DNA of 64,000 nt from the human T2T-CHM13v2.0 reference genome, Homo sapiens (GCF_009914755.1 NC_060932.1); one strand, 5' to 3'; positions 11,966-25,320 are shown, counted from the first letter of the stretch. Notes: a model not told the origin generated them from the sequence alone. A program made the numbers and translations.

Positions 11966-13162
11966 CAATTAATATGCCCCATCAGCTGGGTCGATTCAGG
12001 GCTGGACCAGAAACCAGGAATGTCAACAAAGAAGAAAGCAAGACAAGACCTTGCCAGACATTAGGGAGAAAGCATCCATTCCACAAAAATATATACACCA
12101 TTCCAAGACAAAACCTTGCCAAGACAAAAACCCTTCTGTTCAGAATGACTGAAATACACAGATGCAATATGCATTATAATTATAAATGATCGACTCTCAG
12201 AGCTGAAAGTAACCATGGAGATTGCTCAGTCCCACCCCTTTACTGGAAAGATGAAGACACCAACCCTTACAGCCCAAAGTCCCACGATTAGAAAGAGAAG
12301 ATGAACCCTGTCTTCCTTCTGTCCTTGGTACCTATTTAGCATGCAGATCCAAGTATTTCCAGCTTCTTCAAAAAACTGGGTAATTTTGCTATATGTTAAA
12401 AAATAGATGATGATTCTGTCTTATCACATTACTATAGAGGCAAAAATAATTCAATTATTAAAAGATAATGTTGTCCTGTGGGATGCCATGACACAGGATG
12501 GGGCACTGACTGACTCACCATAGTCATCAGTGAACTGAACTCTGCCAAGGGGGAGATTGTGAGAAATAGGGAGTTTTAACTCTTTCTAGTGCTCACGAAT
12601 CAACAGAGCATCAGAAATTTGCATGCAGGTATGATTCCTAAGAGTCATATTCCTCTAGTAAAAACAGAAAACCAACAAAATTACCAAGAAAGAAATGAAC
12701 AAGAGCCTTAATGAAGGAATCCCTTCACTGGGCTGCAGGTCTGAGATTCTGGTGCCATCCTGTAGTTCTCAAATCACAGGAAACAACAGTTATTTTATTT
12801 CCCTGCCTCTTTATCTAGTAAAACATTCCAAAGTATCTCAACCTAGTTCCAATCTTTGACAAAATTGAGAGTTTCCAATCTTTCAACATCACAGCCTACT
12901 TATGAACCTGGGTTACTTTGAATTTCAACTGAAGAAACAAAACCTGAGTTACTAAAATGATCATTATTGACACTGATGTCTATGCAAAGTCAATCTATGC
13001 TTTCAGTCACTAAGGTGAATTTTCATTTTTCTTACACAAAAATATGTCTATTATATCTTCATCGCTGCACTTATAACTCTGTGGTAGTTTCCGCATTATA
13101 AAATTAGCAATATGGATGATAGCAGTTTTTTTCAATTACTTTCCTGCTTGGAATGTTATTGT

Positions 13163-13312
13163 GTTTTTGTTTTTATTTCAAATTTTTTTTCAAGTAGAGA
13201 CAGGGTCTCGCTGTCTTGCCCAGGCTGGTCTTGAACTCCTGGGCTCAAGTGATCTCCCCTCCTAGGCCTCCCGAAGTGCTGAGATTACACACATGAGCCA
13301 CCGTGTCCGGCC
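13163..13312 (-). mobile_element. FLAM_C-like free left Alu monomer
   Basis: GTAGAGACAGGGTCTCGCTG..GAACTCCTGGGCTCAAGTGATC..GAGCCACCGTGTCCGGCC. TSD TGGAATGTTA(T/A)TGT at 13149-13162 and 13313-13326. Confidence 0.9.
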
Positions 13313-16300
13313 TGGAATGTTAATGTTAAGCAGCTCAGATTCATTTGATTTTTACTGTCAGAGTATGGTAAACTAAGCGAAATCTATCAGGAAGTGAATA
13401 CACCCCTGGGTCTCCTGATTTTCACACTCTTAGCTCAAGGACAATGCAGACATTTTAAATGTCATGGATAATTAGGCAGCCTCTTTACAAATAAGATTTC
13501 TTGCTCTGATATAATCACAAAGTTTGCCATTCTCAGGAATAGATGTACTCATTAGGAAGTGATCAGATGTAAAATATTTGTCCTGGAAAAAAGAGGCAGG
13601 TGAAGCGGTAAGGAGGATATAAACCCCACAGTGAGATGAACAGGTTCTTGACCTGGTTCAAAGTAATTCTAGTGAAGTCACTTTATTTTTGTTTTCTTAA
13701 CTTAGGACCAAGGAGACACTCCCTGGTCCCTAAAATCCCACTCTACATCAACTATAGATAGACAAATTCAATTGAAACAAATGTTTTGCAGGTAACTTGA
13801 ACTTTCAACTAAGCATCCACAGCTTTTCTTCTTTCCAAGACTGGTTTTTAAAGAAATTTCAGGGCTGTCCATAGACCTGCTGCTAGAAAAAGCTTGCCAA
13901 TAAATAAAACGCCAACAAATAACCAGATGTAAGCTGAGAACTTTGTGATCAAAAAGATCTTAAATTTCCTTAATGGTACACATCATGTCACCAAAACATG
14001 TAGCAAATACCTACATGCAATTTTTAAGTCAATTCTGATATAGCATATGAAACAGTGACTTCTATAGCCATCAGGGTAAGTACTAAAACACAATCCTTTC
14101 CTCCCAAAGAAGAGGTGGATAACAACACACTCATGAAGCCAGCTCGCTGAACTCAAAGAAAATGTATCAACAAAAAGTTATCAAAGCTCAAGAATCTTTT
14201 AAAAAGCAATCGACTCTAGGATGCCATACCATAAGCATCTTGATTCAAATAATCATATTCTTTATCCTCCACCATATCCATCAGTGTGTTGTCAGTTACA
14301 TCAGGTTTATTGAGTTGTCAAAGTGCATAATTTAGAACTATGGGAAATAAACCAATCCCCCACCAATGAATCAGCACCACCTGTCTGTCCTGAATTCTGT
14401 GAAGACTCTTCCAAGTCACAGGAGGTTCAAGGTTGGAACATTTCACCAGTACCAACTTTTTCAACACCATACTAGTACTACTCAATACATCTACCATTTG
14501 CAAAGATACAAGAGACTCATTGAATCAAACAGCAAACAGCACGTAATAAACTGAACAAGTCTTGAGAACCATTTCTCATTCTAAGGTCTCTATTGAGAAA
14601 CAGGAGCTCCATCATGAACCTGCTTCATTTATGAAACTGGGTGAGGTTACAGCCCCCATCAATATGTCTCCAGACAAGACTCTGTACTAAGAGGAAGCTA
14701 AATTATTTAGGGCCATTTCCCAGACAAGAAGAATGATACAGGTTATTGAAAATAACTCAAAAACACAACAATCCTGATGACCAGAAGTTCCAGTTGTAAC
14801 ACTTCTGAGAGTGATGGCAGGAGCCCTGGGTGGGGACTAGGTTCTGCTCTGAGCACCCATTCCAGCATTGATTGACCTATGACCTGTGTAAACCAGTTCA
14901 CTTCGTAAGTCTGGTCTGGAATCTAAAGAGGATGGCCTTTGCACAGAAGTATCTTGGGTCAAATTTCTGTACCTTTATTCTTCACACGAAAAGGGGAAAG
15001 AAGAAAGCAGTATTTGGGGAAAAGTTAAAGTCTTCTGCTGCTGAAACAGGAGATGAGCTAATGATACACAAGTGTGAGCATTCAGCCCTGGACCCTACCA
15101 TGAAGAAGGAAACAAAGGAGCTCCTGACTTGAATGCATTCACTGAATCCATGGCCCAAGCCTCTGGGAAGCCTCCTGGCACCACACAAAGTCCACCATCC
15201 TCACATCCCCTCAGTCCCCTTCTGTCCTAGATCCTTGTGAACTAAGCCCTATTCTTCTTCGTCTCACCCTGCCTGCACGGACTGCCCAGACAGAGCTGGC
15301 ATCTCTGAGGAGGCTTGATTTGAGATGAACAAATGCTTCTGATTTTAAAAAGGACAGATTTGAGGACTTTTCCACAGGCAGGCTCTCCTGAAACTTCAGT
15401 TCTCATCCTGAATTTTAAAACCATAATGTGACATTTTAACATATGGCAAAGAGAGATGAATTTGAGATCGTTTCAAACTGCTTAAAAGATCTGCATTAAA
15501 CACAGATTTCCATTATTACAGATCTAATAGGTCCTATTCTCATCTGGGCTATCAGCAACAGAGTAAGTAATTACCATTCAACTTGGGCCCTTCCAGTCCA
15601 TTAGCCCAATACTGATGACTCAGGAAAAGCTATACATGAGAACTAAATGCTGATAAAAGATAAAATGGAATGGAAGAAAATGATGCTGCCTTATCCCATT
15701 CTGCTACATCTATTGTAAGGAATGAATAAAAAATAAACAACTTGATGGAGTGATAAAGCCAAAAGTAAATATTAAAAACGGCGAATAGAGTTGTGGCTAC
15801 CCACACAAAAGGAGAAAGTAAAATGCCCCCTTGGCATCACAGGTTTTGAAGACCCTTTGGTCCTCCGTGACAATGATTACCTATGTACAAGGACTGGATG
15901 GAAATGCTACCAAACATCTTCAAAGTGAAAAGCTTAAATAAGTCAGGTATTCATTCAACACACTAGCCAGTACGTAAGGCTCCATGCTAGGGGCTGTCAG
16001 TATAAATGTCAATGAGACATTATCCTCTTAATGAGATATTCAAGATAGTCATTTTAACCATACCCAAAGTGAGGGTATTTTCCACCCAGCATAATTACTT
16101 TTAAGATCATCAGACTAAAATTTGTCTTTAATCTGGAATCTCGGTTATCAATTAGTCAACACTTGTTGATCCTGTGTTACATTCTTGACACTTTGGGGAA
16201 AGCAAAAATAATGATCGTTGTGACTTGATAACAGCGTATGTTCCAACAGGGTAAACATGTTCCAATTGCGGAGATAAGACCAATATACTTCAAAAAGGGA

Positions 16301-16649
16301 ACACTGAGCATATACGGTTACATGCTAAATTGTGTAGCAGAGATTATCGATTCTAGAGGAAGTCAAATAAAACAATGGAATGACCGAGACAGGCTGGGAA
16401 GGTTTCAGGGAAGGGATGCAGTGTGACCATCGTGGCATCTCATGAGTGCCAGGTGCTCCAAGATGGTGAAGTGACCGGGACGGCCATAGTAGAGGAGGGT
16501 GAGTGCAGAAAAGTTGTGGGAAAGGGGCTAGACAGGTAGAGTAGAACCAGAAATGTGGATGGTGAATCATGTTCGGGTAGATCACAAGGGACGGATGAGT
16601 CAGAGAACGTCAGGGGCTATAGGAATTAAGTTCAGAAGTGATGGCTGTG

Positions 16650-17220
16650 TGGATTAACAGGGAAAGGGGCAAGATCGGCAAGGCTGTGAAGGGAAGCTGA
16701 AGGCAGCCTGTCTGGGGAGATGAGATCTATTGACAGACACCAGAGGACAGAATAAAATGCCATTTGAAGAGATGAAAGTGAAGAGTTTGTTTTTTGACAA
16801 AGAAACTCAGCGTCGGAGGGCATCTCTGAGGTCAGCTCATGGACTCCTCCAGTTGGATGTCTGAGTGCAGCACGCTGAGCCGGAGGTGACAGAGATAGCA
16901 GTAGACACGTCTAACCAGCAATGAAAGATGGAGCAAGAGGGCGGATGGGGACAAGACTGCAGACAGGCTGGGGAGTCTGCTCCAGAGGGGTGAAAACAGA
17001 GACTGGGGGCCTGGATGAGCTCAGGGTAGGAAGCTGAGAGAGTGCGAAGAACGTAGGACTGCAGGCTGGGGCCTGAGCTCACAGAGGGGAGGTGAGCTGG
17101 GAAGTCATGGGAGAAGAGGCCTCCAGTGGACGCAGCAAGAGAACCAAGACAGTGCCACAAGACCCAAGACAGAAGGGTTGTGGGAAAAGCATGGTTGCGT
17201 GACACCAAACACATAGACTT
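16650..17220 (-). mobile_element. Highly diverged L2 fragment
   Basis: Purine-rich, with L2-antisense-like words (CAGTTGGATGTCTGAGT, GAGAACCAAGACAGTGCCACAAGACCCAAGACAGAAG). Weak. Confidence 0.45.
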
Positions 17221-17500
17221 GCTCCCGGGAAGCCTCCTGGGCTCCTCCATCCCGAGTCCACCCCTAGCCATGCCTTCGCTCACCTGCACGCCATCTGCTC
17301 GGCTCACCTTCTCTTTTCTAGCTGTCAGCAAGCTCCTCTATCTGTGTCCTTCATATCTTCTCTCTCTTTACAAAGTTGGAAGCAGGCTCCCCTCTCCTAC
17401 CTCTCCACACCCTCACCAAAATATCCAGGAACAAATACTCAAATCCCTGTTTGGAATGTGCAGACAGCTAAGGCTGCTTCTAACCTCCTTCCCCGAAACC

Positions 17501-17588
17501 TTCCCTCCATTACTGGTCTAATTGGCACATTCCCTAACCTCTGCCCCTCCACTAATACTTTGCCATCAGCCAGAGTTCCAAGCTAGAA
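17501..17588 (+). repeat. 88-bp direct repeat, copy 1
   Basis: 83/88 identical to 19053-19140 by hand alignment. Confidence 0.95.
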
Positions 17589-19052
17589 GATACCATGTAG
17601 ACACGAGTCCTCACATCTTGTCTTGTCTTAGAAATCTGCCCAGGCCCACCCACCTCAATGTGGATGCTGACCTCAGCCAACCAAACCCACAGCACGCTGG
17701 GACCATTAGCCCAGGTCCTCAGTCTTCCGTGCAGTCCAGGTGTGTCTTTATGCAGCAGACAAATGCTGCCTGGTGTGAATTAAATGTTAATGTAGTCATT
17801 TGCAATTGCAAATGCCTAAGATGGGACAGACTAGGCACACAGATGACTGCAGGAGAAACCAAAAGAGTGACAAGAAAACAGTGACAAAGAAGGGGCTGCA
17901 GATTGAGTTAATCAAGGCAGGATTTGGAAGACAACATCTTGAAAAGTTGAGCCTGGCTGCAAGCCCGGAAAAGAGACAAGCGGAAAGATTCCTGGGCATG
18001 GGGCCCAAGGAGTGCTGAGCATACGTTTGAGGTGTCAGGGAGATGCCTGGAGAACAGTTGTAGCCTCGATTTATGGGCAATGCCTAAAACCAGCCAGAGG
18101 AGGCCGATTCCTTCAGGGTTCAGGATTCACGGAAAGAAGACTTGGCCCAGTATAGATGCAAGGTGAGGCTAACTATTGAAACACGAGCCCTCTCTTTGGC
18201 TTGACAAAGTTAAATCATGACGCCAAGCCGTTTCGATTTGTCTGGTCTTCACCCCCAGATTCTTCACCAGAGCGATTCCTTGATTTCACAGTAACTGGGT
18301 GTGATATTGCTGACACAATTTTTCATCTTTTACATGGCAGAGAACAAAGGCTGCAGGCAGACACGGAGAGCCTTCGGCTCAGAGGGGCCCTGGCATTTAA
18401 CCGCCTTCTCACTGTAAAGCTAAAGATCACATAGTCGAACCAAAAGCACTAAGATTTTAAATAAAACAGTTTGTATTAAGGAAGACTTTGAACAGAAAAA
18501 GGGCTGTAAGACCCAGATTGCTGTGAGAAAAAGGTGGCCCTCCAGAAGTGTGCTATTTTAAATGGTCTTTATACATGCTTTCTCTTTCTCTCCACCTAGA
18601 ATATTCTTCTTCCCTATCCTCTCCCTGCTTCACCTCCTCACTTTGCTCCAATCTGTGTCATGGTTATTTCCACTCGGTGTTATGCTGAGAATGACTGGTC
18701 CCATCTGTCCCCTTCTCACACATAACCTCTTTAAGACTCACTTTCATCTTTGTAACACAGCACCTATGCGTGGCACATAATCGGTTCTTGGTATGCATGG
18801 CCCAACAAATGAATCAAGATCCGAGTAAGCGAAGGGGTGAGCTACAGGCAACCTGAGTCCCTGCTGCCCAGTGACCTGGCCTCCTTTCCCATCTCTGGTG
18901 AGTCCACTATCCCCATCATGGGAGACTTTGGGCCCTAGATTCTTAGAAGTTCACTCCAACTTCCAATTGGTATTTACAATATCAAGTGGAGCCATTTCTT
19001 TTGCCCCCTTAAGACTGAGTTCTAAGTCTATCTTTTATTTTTAGGTCAAATA

Positions 19053-19140
19053 TTCCCTCCATTACTGGTCTAATTGGCATATTCCCTAACCTCCGCCCCT
19101 ACGCTAATACTCTGCCATCAGCCAGAGTTCCAAGCTAGAA
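19053..19140 (+). repeat. 88-bp direct repeat, copy 2
   Basis: 83/88 identical to 17501-17588. Both give the MA(H/Y)SLTSAP.LILCHQPEFQAR peptide in the ORF track. Confidence 0.95.
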
Positions 19141-20769
19141 ACCTGCGTCCCCTTTGCCTCCCCCTCCCCTGCCCTGCTACTTCCACTGACCACAGCTGGA
19201 CTCTTCCGCTCAAGCTTCAGAGACAGCGCCAGAATGAAGCCCAGGAGCCATGTCCTTCCTACCAGTCCCATCTTTTCTGGCTTTTGCCACCCCTCCAACC
19301 CCATCAGCACCTCCCAAGGCCTCCTAAATGGCATTCCTTTGCTGATCTGGAATCCATGAGCTCCTGTAGCAGCCCAGTATCATACCCCATGCAGGGTGAC
19401 ACACACCAACCCATACTCCCGTGACCAGATCCCACTGCCTTTGTCCGTCACTCCCTTTCCACACATTGGCATGGAGGGAGCATGCATCTGTAGTTCTGCC
19501 ACCCTGCCATTCCTGACCCCGGCTACAATGGAGGCTCCTCCTAGTCCCCATGGAAATCTGGGAGTGAGTATATTAGTTTCTATGTCTTGTTATTACTATG
19601 ATATATGGGATATTACCTATATACCCCCATCTCATAACCTAAGTTCCTCTGGTTCCATTACCTACTTCAGATACTTCAGACTTCACATAGTGCATTCTCT
19701 CATCTATTAAGAGGCACATAAACAGCTTATAACATTACACAAGAAATGCTTGGGCAAATCTAAACAACAGAAATAATACTTTCTGATTTCAAGCAGTTGT
19801 TAACAGAATTATTAGAATGCTATTACAATGACTGATACTTTGTACAAATTCCACTACCACCTAAACAAACTGCAAAGACATTTTAAAGATGATGTTCAAA
19901 GTGTTTACACATGGTTGAGTTGATGATTTAGCTTTTTCCAGTAATATAATCTTTAGGTAATTAACTGGGTAAGTCCGTATCAGTCGTTTGCTGTGGTTGC
20001 CTGTGCTATCAAATGTGCAGCAACTTGGTCACTGAGGGAAGGGCAATGCTGACAAATTAAAAAGTATATTTCTTCTTACATTTTACTCAGTAGTAACAGT
20101 TACTTGATGTCTTATCATCAAAGGTGTAAGGCCCTTGTTTTCTCTCACGGAAACTAAAAGGTGAAAATTTGATCAGAATTCCTGCTACAAATACAAGAAA
20201 ATGTAGAGAGCTGTTCATTTCCTTAAAGCTCTGTTAAAAAAAAAAAAAAAAAGTACAGTTTAAATTGGGATAGTGCTCTTAAAATGTCAGGTCTGTCACT
20301 ACTTTTTTCAGGACTAGGGAGTGTACAGGAATAAGAACAGACTAAGAGGAATGGCACATAGAAGAGAAAGACAAAGTATTTCTAAAACATATTCAAACTC
20401 ACTCCCAACCAGCAGCATTCTAACCAGACTACATCTGGCCCAGCTTCTCTTTCTCTACCATTCAGCAAAATGTTAAAGGTATAGGAGGAAAGTCAGTTGC
20501 AAGTCTTTAGCCTTCCCATCCATGTGCCAAAAATAAAAGTAAAAATGACAGTGCTCTCAAAAGACCTACAGCTGGCATCATTCTTCATGGTGAAAAACTG
20601 ACTGCTTTCCCCTCGGATCAAGAGCTAGGGGAAGATATCCACTCTCACCACGCCTATGCAACATCATGCTGGAGAGCCTAGCTAGCACAATAAGAAAAGG
20701 AAGTAAAATTCATTGAGATAGCAAAGGAAGAAATCAGCTATCATTATTCGCAGAAGACATGATCATCTA

Positions 20770-21410
20770 TGTCTTAGCCAACTTGGGCTGATTGGACAGA
20801 GTACCATAAAAATGGATGGCTCATAAACAACAGTATAGTTGTCCCTCAGTTCCTGCAAGGGGTTGGTTCCAAAACCCCATAGGTAGCAAAATCTGAGGAT
20901 GCCCAAGTCCCTGACATAAAATGGCACAGTATAAGCATGTAACCTATGCACATCCTCCCATATACTTTAAATCATCTCTAGATGACTTACAATACCTAAT
21001 ACAATGTAAATGCTTTGCAAATGGTTGATACACTGTATTTTTGTGTTTTTTTTAAAAACATTTTTGATCCAAGTTTCGTTGAATCCACTGATGCAGAACT
21101 GACAGACATGGAGGGCCAAGAGTCATTTATTCCTCACAATTCTGGAGGCTGGGAAGTCCAAAACCAAGGCACCAGCAGATTCAGTGTCTGCTGAGGACCT
21201 GCTTCCTAATTCATAGATGGCTATCTTCTCACTGTGTTCTCACATCACAGAAGGCGCAAGGCAGCTCTCTGGGGCCTTTCTTATAAGAGCACTAACTCCA
21301 TGCCTAAGGGCTCCACCCTTATGACTTAATCATCTCCCGAGGCCCCACTTCCTGATATCATCACATTGGAGATTAGGTTTCTACATATGAATTTGGAGGG
21401 AGACAAGCAT
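20770..21410 (-). mobile_element. MLT1A0-like MaLR solo LTR, interrupted by MER2
   Basis: TGTCTTAG..CATAAACAACAG / ATTTATTCCTCACAATTCTGGAGGCTGGGAAGTCCAA..CAAGGCACCAGCAGATTCAGTGTCTG..ATGAATTTGGAGGGAGACA. Confidence 0.85.
20836..21122 (+). mobile_element. MER2 (TcMar-Tigger MITE)
   Basis: GTCCCTCAGT..GGTTGGTTCCA..AAAATCTGAGGATGCCCAAGTCCCTGACATAAAATGGC..ACATCCTCCCATATACTTTAAATCATCTCTAGA..GTTGAATCCACTGATGCAGAAC..GGAGGGCC, preceded by TA. Confidence 0.9.
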
Positions 21411-21435
21411 TGTCCATATAGAAAATACCAAGGAA

Positions 21436-21710
21436 GGCCCGGCACAGTGGCTCACGTCTGTAATCCCAGCACTTTGGGAGGCCAAAGTGGGCAGATCACC
21501 TGAGGTCAGGAGTTCAAGACTACCTGACTAACATGGTGAAACCCTGTCTCTACTTAAAAAAAAAAAAAAAAAAAAAAATATTAGCCAGGCGTAGTGGTAG
21601 ACACTTGAGCCCAGGAGGTAGAAGTTGCAGTGAGCCAAGATTGCGTCACTGTACTCTAGCCTGGGTGACAAGAGTGAAACTCCGTCTCAAAAAAAAAAAA
21701 AAAGAAAGAA
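21436..21710 (+). mobile_element. AluS (Sq-like) with A23 linker and internal deletion
   Basis: Alu consensus, GACAAGAGTGAAACTCC. Perfect 16-bp TSD AGAAAATACCAAGGAA at 21420-21435 and 21711-21726. Confidence 0.95.
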
Positions 21711-21945
21711 AGAAAATACCAAGGAATGGGCAAAAAAGTTACAAGAACAAATAAGTGAGCTTAATGGGTCTCAGAAGACAAGGTCAACATACAAAACTTA
21801 TTAAAACAAATTATTAAAAAATAAAATTATTAAAAACAAATGTTATGTACTAATGATGAATGGTTAGGAATTTTTCAGTTTTTAAGGTATCATTTACAAT
21901 AGCATCAGACAAAATGAAATGCTTGGGAATGAACATGGGCAAGAT

Positions 21946-22182
21946 TTGTCTTTTCATTTTTCTGAACAATGTTTTTGAATAACATTTTCATTTTATGAAG
22001 TCCAATCTATCATTTTCTTTTATGGCTTCTGGTTTTTGTGTCTTATCTAAGAATCACTTGCCTAACACAAAGTCACAGAGATTTTTGCCAATGTTTTCTT
22101 CACGAAGTTTGATGGTTTTATGTTTTACACCTAGGTTTATGATCCACTTTGAGTTAATTTCATACAGGGTGCAAGGTACATA
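21946..22182 (-). mobile_element. L1M ORF2 3' fragment, antisense
   Basis: TTTTATGAAGTCCAATCTATCATTTTCTTTTATGG..TGCCTAACACAAAGTCACAGAGATTT..TATGATCCACTTTGAGTTAATTT. Confidence 0.85.
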
Positions 22183-22924
22183 GCTCTAAAATAAGCAAAC
22201 AGTAATAAATGAAAGTGGCAGTAACACACAGGGAACTGAGAAACAGGCAAGAATCAGAGCACATACTCACACAGCTGAATACCCCTTCCTGCGAAACTTC
22301 CCTCAGTTAAGGCAAGTATTGTGCTTTCTTCATGAAGAAATGCAGGTTGGTAACAATGTTAAGGCTTTGGCCAATTTTCCTATTGTGTAAATTCTTCAGC
22401 TGGCCCATTAGACCAATGAAGGGGTGAGGGAGTACCAAGCACAGCCACAGATCAGGAGTCTGCCCCTGTCTCTGGACATCATCACACTGATGTCCTAGAA
22501 GGTTTTCATAACTGTGCCAACTTGAGAATTTGGAAAAGAGAGCTATCTCCTGCCAGCATGAGAGAAGGTTATGGGGAAAATCATACGAATGCAAAAGTAC
22601 TTATAACATTCCCCTCATGAGGTTCTACCTCAAGACCTGCCCGTGCCTCATAGTGATTAGTAACAACTCAATCTTTATATCATGAGTATCTACACATGCC
22701 TGAAAATCAACTGGAATTATCTGTGACTGGAAACAATATATCAGGTGTATTGATACATATTTAGCATGTTCAAGATGTCCTAGACTTCCAAATTTATGAT
22801 TTACTTTAGTGAAGCCTACATGGTCAGTTTTTGGGAGTGTGGAAGGAAGGATTCCTGCAAGGATGGGAGGCTGGGCTGTGAGAGCTCAAATCCCCGCAAG
22901 GGATGGGCACTTCTGAAAACAGAA

Positions 22925-23075
22925 GTGTGGTCGAATCCCAGCTGAGTCACTTACTAGCTATGTGACATTGGGCCAGTTGCTTCCCTTCTCTGAGCTTCAC
23001 TTTCTTGATCTGTAAAATAGACTACAACTCATTATCGTATAGGGGTTTTGCTACTAGGTTTAAATGGTACTGTTT
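22925..23075 (+). mobile_element. MIR SINE
   Basis: GAATCCCAGCT..CACTTACTAGCTATGTGACATTGGGCCAGTTGCTT..CTCTGAGCTTCACTTTC..ATCTGTAAAAT (MIR core). Confidence 0.85.
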
Positions 23076-23366
23076 AAATATTAAATCAATGCTACTTCCC
23101 TCCTCCCTACTTTCCAAAAACCACATTTATACACTAAAATTTTATTAAAAATTATTTGTGTGCCAGGCTGCCACATTCTGCATGGAGTGGAAGGAAGAAC
23201 AGTGGCTGTGCTGGAGATGCCCAGTGACATCTGAGTTGGCCAGGGATGATAGCACACCAGCGACGTGGAAGACCAGGATAATACAGTCATCTATAGAGAG
23301 AGATACTGTTTAGAAGACTGGGAATTCCACATATAAAACAACACAAGGTTTTAGAACCAAGATTAT

Positions 23367-23600
23367 TAATAAAGTAATAGTAGTTAACATGTATGTGCCT
23401 GATGCTGTATTAATGATTTTACATGTATTAACACACTTGATATGCTCACAATTATCCTACAAGGTAGACACTTTTATTATCTCCATTTTACAGATAGGAA
23501 AACTAAGGCACAAGGAGCATAGGGACTTGCCCAAGGACACAAAGCTAGTAAGTAACATAGATGAGATTGCAACCCAAACTGTTGGGTTCCAGAATCCCTA
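23367..23600 (-). mobile_element. MIR SINE
   Basis: TTATTATCTCCATTTTACAGATAGGAAAACTAAGGCACA..GACTTGCCCAAGGACACAAAGCTAGTAAGT. Confidence 0.9.
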
Positions 23601-25031
23601 CTGCCTCATAAAGATCAGAAACAGTCAAGAAGTGCCATGCCCAAGTCCTAACAGAGCTTCTCCATTCCTGGCCACCCATGTGCCTCTCTTCCGCGGTCCA
23701 TTTTCTTAAATAACATCAGGGTATAGGGCCTTCTAGGGCAGTGGCAATGTTTTTTTCCTTAGGGGTGGGGGTAGTTACATGGGTTTCTATAATTATTAAG
23801 TTTTATGTACCCTTCTGTTTGTACATCTCACTATGAGAGAAAGTGGATCAGCATTCATGCATGGACCCAACTCTCCAGGCTTTTGACATCATGGAGGTTT
23901 CACGTTCAGCCGTCCCTAAGATGAACCTAAGACACAGCACAAAGGTTAGGATGTAGGGGAGCAAAAGATGCTAAGTACGCTCCTCCCCTGCCTCCTCTGC
24001 AGTCCTTTGAATTTGCATGCTAGAATTACTAGAGCAAAAGCTCAGCTAATCTCCTGGCTGGCGTGATTGTTATTATCATGCGGCGCACACAGGCATATTC
24101 ATCCAGATTTAAAGGGAAGAAATAAGCCTCCCTCATGGCACTGCTGATAAACAACCCCCCAAACTCTTTTCCCTATACTCAAACCAAACACATCTGAAGC
24201 CTTGTCATACTTAAAAGTGATTTGCCCTAAGTCTTTTACATGTTAATAACACTGTGCATTGAATACTTCATTCCCAAGATCATTATGTGATTGGTTTCCA
24301 TGTGATTTTCAGCACAACAGAAATGGACAGAGCAGTATCGGCTGCCTTTGGACACCAATCTCCAGTTAAAGCTCACAACACTGACATCAGAACATGCAGA
24401 ACTCAGCTGCAGTGGGAGCCCGGCCACGTTAGTCAAGCTCACTTGTTTCCAGACAAAACATTTTAATTCCTGGCATGGGAGAGGGGACCTGGGGAAGCAG
24501 TGTTGGAAGAGAATGGAGAGGAGGGAAGAAGAAGAGGGGAGAATGAAAAGGGCATCATTAGCCCAGCGCCAAGATATTTGGCTCTGCACTTTGCTCCAGC
24601 TCTTGTAAACTGACTTCTCCATGTCACCTCATCCTCTTCTCATAGGTTGGGTGAATACAGCCAGTTGTTTCTCAACCCTAGGAATACACTAGACCCATCA
24701 TGGCTCCCGAGCAGAGGGCCTGATTTAATTAGGGGTATGGGGGCATCAGTCCCAGATGATGCTAAGATGCTTCCAGGGTTGCAATTCTGGGGTAAGTCCA
24801 TGGGCTCTGCTGACAGATGAGGGCCAGGGAGGCCACACACCTAGAAATGGGCAAAACCACCAACAAGCAAGGGCCCAGCTAAGATGGTAAAAATGTCACA
24901 GAGTTGTAAAAGTATGATCAAGTGAATGAGTGAGCTTGGGTAATACAAGAGGCTGGAGGGAAAAATGCAGATCCCCAGCCCACAGAATGCAAAGCTGAAG
25001 AATGAGACAAAGTCGCTTGTTATATAATTCT

Positions 25032-25320
25032 CCAACACACAAACACACATGCATACACAAACAACCCCATACAAATGCACATGCACACACACATATGCAC
25101 ACACACACAAATGCACATACACACATATGCATGCACACACATATGTAGTCATGTAAATATAACATATGTAGTCACACAAATGCATACACACGCACAGACA
25201 TATGCAAACACATACACACATATGAGCACACACTATCATACAAATGCATACACGTGCATGCAGTTATGCAAACACAAAAACACACATGCACATACACACC
25301 ATTATGCCAAAATGCACTCC
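25032..25320 (+). repeat. Degenerate (CA)/(CATA)n microsatellite
   Basis: Alternating purine-pyrimidine tract, directly visible. Confidence 0.9.

Larger units (their letters stand above)
20565..21945 (+). mobile_element. Old L1M ORF2 fragment split by MLT1A0, MER2 and Alu insertions
   Basis: TTCGCAGAAGACATGATCATCTAT (FAEDMIIY, RT motif) at about 20747-20770. It resumes at ATAGAAAATACCAAGGAA..ACAAGGTCAACATACAAAA..CATTTACAATAGCATCA. Confidence 0.8.

Noticed and set aside
17501-19140. Direct repeats interpreted as LTRs, att sites or CRISPR repeats
   Set aside because: Only two copies, with no TG..CA termini, PBS/PPT, integrase or spacer structure. The DNA is mammalian.
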